64,000 bases of DNA, taken from contig CAWDVR010000001.1 of assembly GCA_963805975.1 (NCBI GenBank), forward strand, positions 1,280,001 through 1,344,000, written 5' to 3'. A model generated the notes under the pieces. It was not told the origin of the DNA. It saw only the letters and a list, made by a program, of their open reading frames with translations, and did not search any database. Numbering within the stretch: position 1 is the stretch's first letter; every line of letters begins with the position of its first letter. The position numbers and the translations under genes are program-made. This DNA is from an uncultured Acidobacteriota bacterium. Its GTDB lineage: Bacteria; Acidobacteriota; Thermoanaerobaculia; Multivoradales; SZUA-115. Positions 1 through 12,244 of the stretch are shown here, piece after piece.

Positions 1-1059
1 GCGGCGGTGAAGTTCTTCCTCTTCACCATGGCGGGTAGTCTGCTGATGCTGGTCGCGCTGCTCTGGCTGGCCTGGACCTACCATCAGACGGCGGGCGTCT
101 GGAGCTTCGCCTACCAGGACCTGTTGCAGCTCGACTTGCCGCTCGCGCAGCAGAAGTGGCTGTTCTGGGGCTTCGCCCTGGCTTTTCTCATCAAGGTGCC
201 GGTGTTCCCGCTCCATACCTGGCTGCCGGACGCCCACGTCGAGGCGCCTACCGGCGGCTCGGTGCTCCTCGCCGGCATCCTGCTGAAGCTCGGCACCTAC
301 GGCTTCCTGCGCTTCGCCATGCCGCTCTTCCCGCACGCCAGCCAGGCGGCCGAGCCGATCCTCCTGACCATGGCCGTGATCGGCATCCTCTACGGCGCCC
401 TCGCCTCGTGGATCCAGAGCGACATGAAGAAGCTGGTGGCCTACTCGTCGGTCGCTCACCTCGGCTTCGTGATGCTCGGCCTCCTCGCCGCCGATCTCCT
501 CGCCTGGCAGGGGGCGCTGATCCAGATGGTGAACCACGGGCTCTCGACCGGCGCCCTCTTCCTTCTGGTCGGCATGCTCTACGACCGCCGCCACACCAAG
601 AAGTTCGAGGAGTTCGGCGGCCTTGCCAAGGTGATGCCGGTGTTCGCCTTCTTCCTGGTCTTCGCGGCGCTGGCCTCGGTGGGCCTGCCGGCGCTCAACG
701 GCTTCGTGGGCGAGTTCATGATCCTCCTCGGCTCCTACCGCACGCTGGGCGCCTGGGCGATCGTCGCGACCTTCGGTGTGGTGCTGGCCGCGGTCTACCT
801 GCTCAAGATGCTGCAGCTCACCCTCTGGGGGCCGCTCGAGAAGGAGGAGAACCGGAACCTGTCCGACCTCTCGGCGCGGGAGATCGCGGCACTGGTGCCG
901 CTCGCCGTGTTCATGCTGTGGATCGGCGTCGCGCCCGCGCGCTTCGTCGAGCCCAGCCGCCCGGCGCTCGAGGCCACTTTGCGTGACTACAGCGCGCGGC
1001 TCCTCACTCCGCCGCCGTCGATCGTGGGGCTGCGGCCGGACACGGAGAGCCAGCCGTGA
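1..1059 (+). CDS. nuoM: NADH-quinone oxidoreductase subunit M (5'-truncated by window edge)
   Basis: Motifs FLIKVPVFPLHTWLPDAHVEAP, LLKLGTYG and MKKLVAYSS; the frame is open from base 1. Confidence 0.95.
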   Translation, partial: AAVKFFLFTMAGSLLMLVALLWLAWTYHQTAGVWSFAYQDLLQLDLPLAQQKWLFWGFALAFLIKVPVFPLHTWLPDAHVEAPTGGSVLLAGILLKLGTYGFLRFAMPLFPHASQAAEPILLTMAVIGILYGALASWIQSDMKKLVAYSSVAHLGFVMLGLLAADLLAWQGALIQMVNHGLSTGALFLLVGMLYDRRHTKKFEEFGGLAKVMPVFAFFLVFAALASVGLPALNGFVGEFMILLGSYRTLGAWAIVATFGVVLAAVYLLKMLQLTLWGPLEKEENRNLSDLSAREIAALVPLAVFMLWIGVAPARFVEPSRPALEATLRDYSARLLTPPPSIVGLRPDTESQP

Positions 1060-2483
1060 GCCAGGCAGATTTCCTCGCGCTCCTGCCCGAGCTCCTGCTC
1101 ACCGCCGCGGCGACCGTGATCCTGCTCGCGGACGCCTTCGCGCCGGGCCTGCGGCGGACCTTCATGCCGCTGGGCCTGGTCGCCACCGTGGCCGCGGGCT
1201 GGGCGGCCTGGAAGCTGCCGGCCGGCACCGCCTTCGGCGGCCAGTTGGAGGCGAACGGCATCACCTTCGCCTTCACCGCCGTGGTGCTGGTCTCGACCTT
1301 TCTCGCCTTGCTCGCGTCCGAGGGCTACCTGAGGCGCGAGGGCATCCTCGCCGGCGAGTACCACGCGCTGCTCCTCTGGAGCGCCGCCGGCATGCTGCTG
1401 CTGCTCCGCGCCACGGAGCTCCTGACGCTCTTCCTGGCGCTCGAGCTGCTTTCGGTCTGCCTCTACGCCCTGGCGGCTTTCAACCGCCGCTCGCGGGTGG
1501 GCACCGAGGCGGCAATCAAGTACTTCCTGATGGGCGCCTTCGTCAGCTCGTTCGTGCTCCTCGGCCTGGCGCTGCTCTACGGCGAAACCGGTTCGACGAA
1601 CCTCGCGGCCATTCAGCAGGCGATCACGGGCGGCCCGGTCTCGATCCCCTTGGTGGCCCTGGGGCTCTTGCTGCTGGTCGCCGGCTTCGGGTTCAAGATG
1701 AGCCTGGTGCCGTTCCATGCCTGGTCCCCCGACACCTACCAGGGGGCCCCGTCGCCGTTCGTGGGCTTCCTCTCGGTTGCCCCCAAGGCGGCGAGCGCCG
1801 TGGTGCTGGCACGGCTGCTGGTGATCGCGGCGGCCAGTCCGCTGGCCGACAAGTGGACGGGCGTGGTGGCGCTCCTCGCCGTGCTCTCCATGCTGGTGGG
1901 CAACCTCCTCGCCCTGGTGCAGCGCGACATCAAGCGCATGCTGGCCTACTCCGGCATCGCGCACATGGGCTACCTGCTGCTCGCCCTGGTGAGCCCCGGC
2001 CCCGACTCCTGGAAGCCGATCCTCGTCTATCTCATGGCCTACGCGCTGATGAACGCCGGCGCCTTCGCGGTGATCACGCTCCTCTACCGCCGGGCCGGCG
2101 AGCAGCACCTGGTCTCCGATCTCGCGGGGCTGGGGTTCCGCCAGCCGGTGCTCGGAGCCTGCCTCGCGATCTCGATGCTGTCGCTCGGCGGCATCCCGCC
2201 GACGTTCGGCTTCTTCGGCAAGTACGTGGTGTTCCTGCAAGCCATCTCCAAGGGCCACGTCGGCCTGGTGATCGTCGGCGTGGTGGCGAGCCTGATCGGC
2301 GTCTTCTACTACCTGCGAGTGGTGTACACGCTCTACATGAAGCCGGAGACGCAGCCGGCGGCCGATCTCGGCACCGACGGCTGGGGGCGCCTGGCCGCGG
2401 TGCTGGCCGCCGCCGCCACGCTGCTCCTCGGCATCCTGCCCTATCGGCTGCTGGGCTGGATGATCGAAGCGATGGGCCGCTGA
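1056..2483 (+). CDS. nuoN: NADH-quinone oxidoreductase subunit N
   Basis: EAAIKYFLMG, FKMSLVPFHAWSPDTYQGAP and KRMLAYSGIAH; GTGA overlap with nuoM. Confidence 0.95.
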   Translation: MSQADFLALLPELLLTAAATVILLADAFAPGLRRTFMPLGLVATVAAGWAAWKLPAGTAFGGQLEANGITFAFTAVVLVSTFLALLASEGYLRREGILAGEYHALLLWSAAGMLLLLRATELLTLFLALELLSVCLYALAAFNRRSRVGTEAAIKYFLMGAFVSSFVLLGLALLYGETGSTNLAAIQQAITGGPVSIPLVALGLLLLVAGFGFKMSLVPFHAWSPDTYQGAPSPFVGFLSVAPKAASAVVLARLLVIAAASPLADKWTGVVALLAVLSMLVGNLLALVQRDIKRMLAYSGIAHMGYLLLALVSPGPDSWKPILVYLMAYALMNAGAFAVITLLYRRAGEQHLVSDLAGLGFRQPVLGACLAISMLSLGGIPPTFGFFGKYVVFLQAISKGHVGLVIVGVVASLIGVFYYLRVVYTLYMKPETQPAADLGTDGWGRLAAVLAAAATLLLGILPYRLLGWMIEAMGR

Positions 2484-2509
2484 GCGGCGAGAGCGGGTGA
2501 GCCCCCGCG

Positions 2510-3137
2510 ATGCTGACCCCACACGAGATCTCCTCGCACACGGTCAACCGCCTGTCGCTGTACTTGCAGTGCCTGCGGCGGCTGCAGCAGGCCGGCGTCA
2601 AGAAGGTCTCTTCGAAGGATCTCGCCAGCCGCTTCCACCTCTCCGCGACCCAGATCCGCAAGGACCTCGCCCAGTTCGGCGAGTTCGGCATCCGCGGCGT
2701 GGGCTACGAGGTCGAGGCGCTCGCCGACCACCTCTCGGACCTTCTGGGGCTCGACCGCCGGCGGGGCCTGGTGATCGTCGGGGTCGGCAACCTGGGGAGC
2801 GCCCTCTCCCGCTACTTCGGCTTCAACCACGGCAACTTCGGGGTGGTGGCCGGCGTGGACATCGACCCCCGCGTCGTGGGCCGCCGCGTCGGCAGCTTCG
2901 TCGTCCGCCACAGCCGAGAGCTGAACGAGGTGGTGGCCGAGAGCGGCGCCGAGATCGGCGTCCTCACCGTGCCTGGCCGACGCCGCCCAGGCCAACTACA
3001 ACGCCCTGGTCAAGGCCGGCGTCAAGGCGGTGCTCAACTTCGCGCCTGCCAGGCTGAAGACAGTCCCCGAGGTGCCCCTCAAGGACGTGGATCTGCGGAT
3101 TCACCTCGAGGAGATGGCGTTTCTGCTGCGGGAGTAG
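2510..3137 (+). CDS. rex: Redox-sensing transcriptional repressor Rex (apparent +1 frameshift at about 2975)
   Basis: RLSLY, QIRKDLAQFGEFGIRGVGY and IVGVGNLG; the C-terminus ADAAQ...GVKAVLNFAP...VDLRIHLEEMAFLLRE* continues in the shifted frame to TAG 3135-3137. Confidence 0.9.
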
Positions 3138-3160
3138 GAAGGCGGGTACCTTCCAGGCCG

Positions 3161-3736
3161 TCAAGTGTCGGAGCTTGAAGCCGTATAGAAGGAAAGCCCC
3201 ACCTCCCCGTACCGCCGTTCATCCGCCCGCGCCAGCGCACCCATCTGCGCCGGCAGCTCCGTCCGAGCCTCGTGCTCTATGCACAGCTCCCCGCCCTCCG
3301 CGAGCAGCGGCGCGGCGGCGGCGATGAGCTTTTCGTAGGCGTCGAAGCGGTAGGGCGGGTCGGCGAAGACGAGGTCGAACTGGGCGGCGTGGCGAGTGGC
3401 GAAGTCGGCGAGACCGGCGGGCAGGCTGAGGCGTTTGACCGTCACGCGGCCCGGTGCCAGGCGGCGGGCGTTGGTCTCGAGGACGCGCACGGCTGCGAGG
3501 TCGCTTTCGAGGCAGGTGGCGCGCGCGGCGCCGCGGCTGATCGCCTCCAGGGCCACGGCACCGCTGCCGGCGAAGAGGTCGAGGAACCGCGCGCCTTCGA
3601 GCCGGCCCTGCCAGATGGCGAACAGGGCCTCGCGCACCCGGGCCTCGGTGGGTCGCGCCTTGCGGGGCACGTCGACCACCTGGCCACGCAGCGACCCGCC
3701 GGCGATGCGGACGGCGTTGGGGGCGGAGCGGGCCAC
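3161..3736 (-). CDS. rsmD: 16S rRNA m2G966 methyltransferase RsmD
   Basis: VRIAGG, RPTEARVREALF, LDLFAGSG and FADPPY. Confidence 0.9.
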   Translation of the reverse strand: MARSAPNAVRIAGGSLRGQVVDVPRKARPTEARVREALFAIWQGRLEGARFLDLFAGSGAVALEAISRGAARATCLESDLAAVRVLETNARRLAPGRVTVKRLSLPAGLADFATRHAAQFDLVFADPPYRFDAYEKLIAAAAPLLAEGGELCIEHEARTELPAQMGALARADERRYGEVGLSFYTASSSDT

Positions 3737-3744
3737 CGCGGGAG

Positions 3745-4446
3745 TCAGAGCTCGCGCCGCGAGATCAGGGCCACGAACTCGCGCTGTAGCTCGTCGAGGG
3801 TGTGGTAGAGAGTGAGCGGCTGCTCGGTGCCCGACAGCTCGACTCCCTGCTTGTCCAAGGTGTAGCCCTGGACCCGGAAGAGCTCGCCGTCCTTCCTCTT
3901 CAGCACGTCGCCGGTCTTGGGGAGATAACCGGCCGGCAGGTGCCTGTCCACCGGGCTGTCGCGCTCCACCCGCTCCCCCAGCTCACGTACTACTGTCATT
4001 ACGCGCGAAAGCGCCAGCGACAGGCTGCCGTAGCGGTCGAGGAGGAAGGTCTCGGGCGGCCTGTCGAGAAGGGTCAGGCGCAGCGTGCAGCGCTCGATCC
4101 AATCGCCCTCGGGTGACAGGGTCTCGGCGTCGGTCTCGGAGAGGTCTTCCTCGGCGAGCCGGTTGACGAAGCCTCGAAGCTCGTAGGGTGCGAGCTCGGC
4201 CAGGCGCACGCTCTTCTCCCCCAGCCCCTCGGTCCACAGCCGGATGGTGCCGTTGGCGAACAGGGAGACGGCGCGGCGGTCGATCTCGCTCCGGCAGTCG
4301 TAGTCCACCAGCAGCCGGCCGCGGAGATCCTCCTGCGAAACCGGCTCTTCGGGCTGAGCCGCCCGCGATCCCGTGGTGCTGGTGAGCACGATGGCAGCGA
4401 GCACCGCCACGAGCCCGGTTTCAGGGCGTCTGCTCTTTTTCGCCAC
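3745..4446 (-). CDS. Hypothetical exported protein
   Basis: 233-aa ORF with an N-terminal hydrophobic signal-like segment, in operon context; no recognised domain. Confidence 0.65.
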   Translation of the reverse strand: MAKKSRRPETGLVAVLAAIVLTSTTGSRAAQPEEPVSQEDLRGRLLVDYDCRSEIDRRAVSLFANGTIRLWTEGLGEKSVRLAELAPYELRGFVNRLAEEDLSETDAETLSPEGDWIERCTLRLTLLDRPPETFLLDRYGSLSLALSRVMTVVRELGERVERDSPVDRHLPAGYLPKTGDVLKRKDGELFRVQGYTLDKQGVELSGTEQPLTLYHTLDELQREFVALISRREL

Positions 4447-5719
4447 GCAGGAACTCTAGCGCGAAGTCCAGCTCACCGGCCTCGTCGATTGCCCTGTCCA
4501 GACGCGCGTAGCGGACCGCCTTCAACGCGCGCCCCAGAGCCGCACCTGGGCGCACACCGCGGGCCAGAAGATCAGCAGCCCGCAGGCGCACCACGAGCGA
4601 CCTCATCTCGCGGAGATAGCGTTCGACCCAGGCGAGCGCGATTCCTCCCTGGCTCGCCAGCAGCAGCACTTCCTCACCCGCCAACCCGTCGAGCATCGTC
4701 GCCACGGCGTGCGGCGCTACGGCAGGGGAGCTCAGCCGGCTGCTCGCCTCGGCCACCCGTTCCGGCCCCTCGACGACCAGCCGCCGCTCCTCCCCTGCCA
4801 GGGCGAGCCGCGTGGCGATGGCTTCCCGAGCCTCCGGGCCGAGGCCGGAGACCAGCGCGGCCAGGAGCAACCGAGAACGCGACCAGGCAGGCACCGAGAG
4901 GGCCTGCGCTTCCAGTGTCCGCGCCGCCGCCAGGCTCGAGACGAGTCGCCGGGCCTGCTCCTCGGACCACACGAGAGCCGGGTGGATGCCGGCGAGCAGC
5001 CCCAGCTCGCCCAGCCTCCGCAGCACCTCGACCTCGATCCCCACCTCGCCGGCAACCAGCAGCAGCTCGGCCCGCAGACGAGAGCCCGAGAGGCGATCGA
5101 GCACGCCGGCGGCCAGTGCTTCCGCGAGCAGGGCGAGCGTTTCGGGTTGCATCGCGAAGCCCAGTCGCTTCTCGAAGCGCGCACCCCGAAAGGCGCGGGT
5201 CGGGTCATCGTGGAACGACCCAGGGTGGAGCACTCGCAGGCTCCCGCGCTCCAGGTCCGCTAGACCGCCGAGCGGGTCGATCAGCCGCGGTGGCTCATCG
5301 TCGAGCGGCATGGCCAGGGCGTTGACGCTGAAATCCCGCCGCGCGAGATCCTCCTCGAGGCTTGCCGGCTGCACCTCGGGCAGCGCGGCGGGAGCGGAAT
5401 AGCTCTCGCTGCGCGCCGTGGCCACGTCGAGGACGCTGCCGCGGGCCAGCTCGATCTCCGCGGTCAGAAAGCGTGGGTGGCGGCGCAGCCGGCCCTCCAG
5501 CTCGGCGGCGAGCGCCGCAGCGAACCTCGGGCCCTCGCCGATGACGACCAGGTCGAGGTCCCGCGTCGGACGCGCCAGCAAGAGATCGCGCACCAGGCCG
5601 CCGACGAGATAGGCGTCGACTCCTTCCCGCCGGGCCACCGCGCGGCAGGCCGCGATGCGCTCGAGGAGCGTGGGGTCGAGCGCGCCCAGGCCCTGGGACA
5701 GCCGCCCGCTGGCGTTCAT
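4421..5719 (-). CDS. cca: CCA tRNA nucleotidyltransferase / poly(A) polymerase family
   Basis: YLVGGLVRD, DLD, EDLARRDFSVNA and DDPTRAFRGARF. Confidence 0.85.
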   Translation of the reverse strand: MNASGRLSQGLGALDPTLLERIAACRAVARREGVDAYLVGGLVRDLLLARPTRDLDLVVIGEGPRFAAALAAELEGRLRRHPRFLTAEIELARGSVLDVATARSESYSAPAALPEVQPASLEEDLARRDFSVNALAMPLDDEPPRLIDPLGGLADLERGSLRVLHPGSFHDDPTRAFRGARFEKRLGFAMQPETLALLAEALAAGVLDRLSGSRLRAELLLVAGEVGIEVEVLRRLGELGLLAGIHPALVWSEEQARRLVSSLAAARTLEAQALSVPAWSRSRLLLAALVSGLGPEAREAIATRLALAGEERRLVVEGPERVAEASSRLSSPAVAPHAVATMLDGLAGEEVLLLASQGGIALAWVERYLREMRSLVVRLRAADLLARGVRPGAALGRALKAVRYARLDRAIDEAGELDFALEFLRGEKEQTP

Positions 5720-5726
5720 GGCGGAG

Positions 5727-9185
<3,459 letters not shown>

Positions 9186-9192
9186 GGTTACC

Positions 9193-9753
9193 TCAGGAAG
9201 CCTCCCGCGAGCCCGCCATGCGGTTGGCCAGCAGGATGTAGTAGAGACCCGAGGCCACGGTCAGGGCCGCGGCCGAGTAGACCAGGAACTGTTGCACGAT
9301 CTCGAGGTGAGGCGCCACCCCTGCGATGAGGGTCGCGAGCACCGCCAGCACCTGCACGGCGGTCGTCACCTTGCTGATCGTCGCCGGCGGGAAGCGCTTG
9401 ACCCCCACCGCCAGGTAGAGCACCAGCGAGACGATCACGATCACCACGTCGCGGGAGATCACCAGCACCGAGACCCAGACCGGGATCTTGGGCAGGATCG
9501 GCAGCGCGGGGATGGCGAGCGTGGCGTAGGCCGAGACCAGCAGCAGCTTGTCGGCCATGGGGTCGAGATAGGCGCCGAGCTGCGACTGCTGGCCCCAGAA
9601 GCGGGCGATCAGGCCGTCGAGCAGGTCGGTCACCCCGGCGACCAGGAAGATCACCAGGGCCTGCATCTGGCGGCCCTCGACCAGGGCGATGATGAAGAGC
9701 GGCACCAACCCCATGCGCGCCAGCGACAGCAGGTTGGGGATGGTCAGGCTCAT
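9193..9753 (-). CDS. CDP-alcohol phosphatidyltransferase (PgsA-like)
   Basis: TIPNLLSLAR and TDLLDGLIAR...G.YLDPMADK signature; start reassigned to ATG 9753. Confidence 0.88.
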   Translation of the reverse strand: MSLTIPNLLSLARMGLVPLFIIALVEGRQMQALVIFLVAGVTDLLDGLIARFWGQQSQLGAYLDPMADKLLLVSAYATLAIPALPILPKIPVWVSVLVISRDVVIVIVSLVLYLAVGVKRFPPATISKVTTAVQVLAVLATLIAGVAPHLEIVQQFLVYSAAALTVASGLYYILLANRMAGSREAS

Positions 9754-11126
9754 GGGCTGAGTATGACGCGGATCATCTCCACCGCCTCGGCTCCGGCCAC
9801 CGCGCCGCGCGGCAGGCAGCTCTCGGTGTCGGCGACCAGCCGGCAGCGCGCGGCGGCGGCGCAGACCTCGACCGCCGCGCTCGGGACGGCGCCAGCGGCG
9901 CACGAGCGGACCCCGCCGCGCAGCTTCGCCACCCCGAGCAGAGCACGAAGCGCCGCCAGCCGGCCGAGCCCGCCGCCGGGCGCGAACAGGTGCAAGGTGG
10001 GATCGATGTCCATCAGTCCCAGGTTCACCACCCGCGCGATCGCCTCCCGCTGCGGATGCTCCAGGATATCGCTCGCGATGCGGGCCGTGCCCGGCCGGCC
10101 GTAGCGGACCTCGGGCACCAGCCAGAAGAGGAGCGTCGCGAAGCCGGATCGGGTGAGGGTCGGCCGCCCGGCCAGGGCCTGCACCTCCGCGGGCAGCAGG
10201 GCCAGACGCCAGCGGAACTTGGCGCGCGCCAGCTTGGGCTCGAAGCGCCGCGCGTCGCCCTCCGCTGCCAGCCGCTGGTAGAGATCCACGGCCACCCCTG
10301 GGTCGCCGAGCTCGAGCTCGAGGTCGGCCCGCCGCTCGACGAGGTCCGGCCGCTCCCTGAGCCGCGACGCCAGGTGGGAGAGAGCCTGGAGCTCCGCCCG
10401 GGCGTCCCCCTGGGCCGCGGCCAGCTCGCGGGCGGCGAACCACGCGGCAGTGCCCTCCGGCTCCCAGCCCGCGAGCTGCCGCTGCTCGGCCGAGGCTTCC
10501 TCCAGGCGTCCCAGCCGCAGGGCCTCGGCGAAGCGGTTGGCCACGATCTCGACCGCACGCGGCCGCAGCTCCTCGGCCCGCGCACCGGCCGCGGGGCTGG
10601 CCTCGGCCGTCTCGCGGTAGGCCGTGTAGGCACCCACCACGTCCCCGAGCGCCTCGCGGACGCGCGCCAGGAGCAGCCTCGCCGCGCTCGACTCGGGGCC
10701 CTCTCGCACCGCCGCCTCCAGGCGCTCGGCCGCCGTCTCGTACCGTCGCCGCGCGAAATCCGCCTGCGCGGCGAGAACCGCTGCCGGCTGGAAGCGCGGG
10801 TCGACCGCCAGGAGCGCCGCGGCCGTGGCCGCCGCTTCGTCCGCGGCACCCTCGTCGAGCAGCCGGCGGAAGGCGGCCGCCACGTCCTCGGCCCGCTGGC
10901 CGTCGGAACGGAAAGAAAAGTTGGCGATCGGATCCAGCAGGAAGGGGCGGTCTTCCGTGGCTAGGGGATAGCGCTCCCCGCGGGGACTGGGAGCTTGGGG
11001 CTCGGGACTGGCCGCGCAACCGGCGGCAGCGAGCAGCGCCAGGGCCGCGAGCCCGGCAGCGCTCCTCGGCAGCCACCGCGCCGGCGGGCTACTCTCCCTG
11101 CGCCGGAGCAACGGTGGAGATGGCAT
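9750..11126 (-). CDS. TPR-containing lipoprotein with C-terminal S-layer-homology-like segment
   Basis: Lipobox-like LAAAGC, helical Ala/Leu repeats, and DILEHPQREAIARVVNLGLM...F.P resembling SLH. Confidence 0.65.
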   Translation of the reverse strand: MPSPPLLRRRESSPPARWLPRSAAGLAALALLAAAGCAASPEPQAPSPRGERYPLATEDRPFLLDPIANFSFRSDGQRAEDVAAAFRRLLDEGAADEAAATAAALLAVDPRFQPAAVLAAQADFARRRYETAAERLEAAVREGPESSAARLLLARVREALGDVVGAYTAYRETAEASPAAGARAEELRPRAVEIVANRFAEALRLGRLEEASAEQRQLAGWEPEGTAAWFAARELAAAQGDARAELQALSHLASRLRERPDLVERRADLELELGDPGVAVDLYQRLAAEGDARRFEPKLARAKFRWRLALLPAEVQALAGRPTLTRSGFATLLFWLVPEVRYGRPGTARIASDILEHPQREAIARVVNLGLMDIDPTLHLFAPGGGLGRLAALRALLGVAKLRGGVRSCAAGAVPSAAVEVCAAAARCRLVADTESCLPRGAVAGAEAVEMIRVILSP

Positions 11127-11304
11127 GCTTGTAAACGAGGATCTCCTTGCCGTCGATCTCGAGGACCACGGCGAATCGGTCGAAGCGCTTCAACCTGCCC
11201 GTGAGGCTGCGGCCGGTGATCAGCTCCATGTCCATCGGCCGGCCCTCCTTCAGGCTCTGGAACAGGTAGCCATCCTGGATGTTGATCGTGTGCTTAGTGG
11301 GCAT
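11089..11304 (-). CDS. hfq: RNA chaperone Hfq
   Basis: NIQDGYL, LKRFDRF and VYKHAISTV Sm2 motif; directly downstream of miaA (conserved synteny). Confidence 0.95.
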   Translation of the reverse strand: MPTKHTINIQDGYLFQSLKEGRPMDMELITGRSLTGRLKRFDRFAVVLEIDGKEILVYKHAISTVAPAQGE

Positions 11305-12244
11305 TGAGGGCTCCCCTCCCGACACCTGCGCGCTGCAAATAGATAAAAATCGAGTCCGTCGTTCGGCCGAGGGACGGCCCCTCGAACCAGGTGATGCCGG
11401 GTTCCTTGCGAAACCACGTCCCCTGCCGCTTGGCAAATCGGCGTGTGGCTCGCACGATCTCGTCCAGGGCCAGATCGAGGCTCCAACCCTCGAGCAGATG
11501 GCGGCTGAGCTGGCGATAGCCGATGGCCTGAAAAGCCGGGAGCTCCGGCGAGAGACCGCTGGCGATCAGGCTTCGAACCTCCTGCAACCAACCGCTCTCC
11601 ATCATGCTATATACCCGGCCTTCGATGCGATCGTACAGGATGGCCCGAGGAACCGTCAATCCGATGCGCAACGCCGAAAAAGGCTGCTCGCCGAAGGGCT
11701 GCTGGGTGATCCAGGACGAGAGCGGCCGGCCGCTCGTGAGAGCCACCTCGAGGGCTCTCAGGGTACGCTGGGTGTCGGTGCCCGCGAGGCGCGTGGCGGT
11801 CGCCGGGTCGAGGCTGGCGAGCTCTTTCTGCAGCGGCTCGAGGCCCTCCTGCTCGAGCCTGCAGCGCAAGGCCTCCCGCACCGCCGGATCGCCCGGCGGC
11901 ACCGGGCTCAGGCCTTGAAACAGAGCGCGAAAGTAAAGGCCGCTGCCGCCGACGACGATCGGCATCCTGCCGCGGGCGAGGATCTCGGCGATCGCAGTCC
12001 GCGCGCGGCGCGCGAACTCGCCCGCCGAGTAGCGCTCGTGCGGCTCGAGCAGGTCGATCAGGTGGTGGCGTACCCGGGCGCGTTCCTCGGCACCGGGCTT
12101 GGCGGTGCCGATGTCGAAACCGCGGTAGACCTGGAGCGCGTCGCCGTTGACGATCTCGCCGCCCAGGGCCGCCGCCAGCTCGAGCGCCAGCGCGCTCTTG
12201 CCGGCAGCCGTGGGACCAACGATCGCGAGCACCGGGGGCATCAT
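11294..12244 (-). CDS. miaA: tRNA dimethylallyltransferase (start ATG 12244 or 12241)
   Basis: GPTAAGKS, DALQVYRGFDIGTAKP, VGGSGLY and FAKRQ.TWF. Confidence 0.96.
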   Translation of the reverse strand: MMPPVLAIVGPTAAGKSALALELAAALGGEIVNGDALQVYRGFDIGTAKPGAEERARVRHHLIDLLEPHERYSAGEFARRARTAIAEILARGRMPIVVGGSGLYFRALFQGLSPVPPGDPAVREALRCRLEQEGLEPLQKELASLDPATATRLAGTDTQRTLRALEVALTSGRPLSSWITQQPFGEQPFSALRIGLTVPRAILYDRIEGRVYSMMESGWLQEVRSLIASGLSPELPAFQAIGYRQLSRHLLEGWSLDLALDEIVRATRRFAKRQGTWFRKEPGITWFEGPSLGRTTDSIFIYLQRAGVGRGALNAH

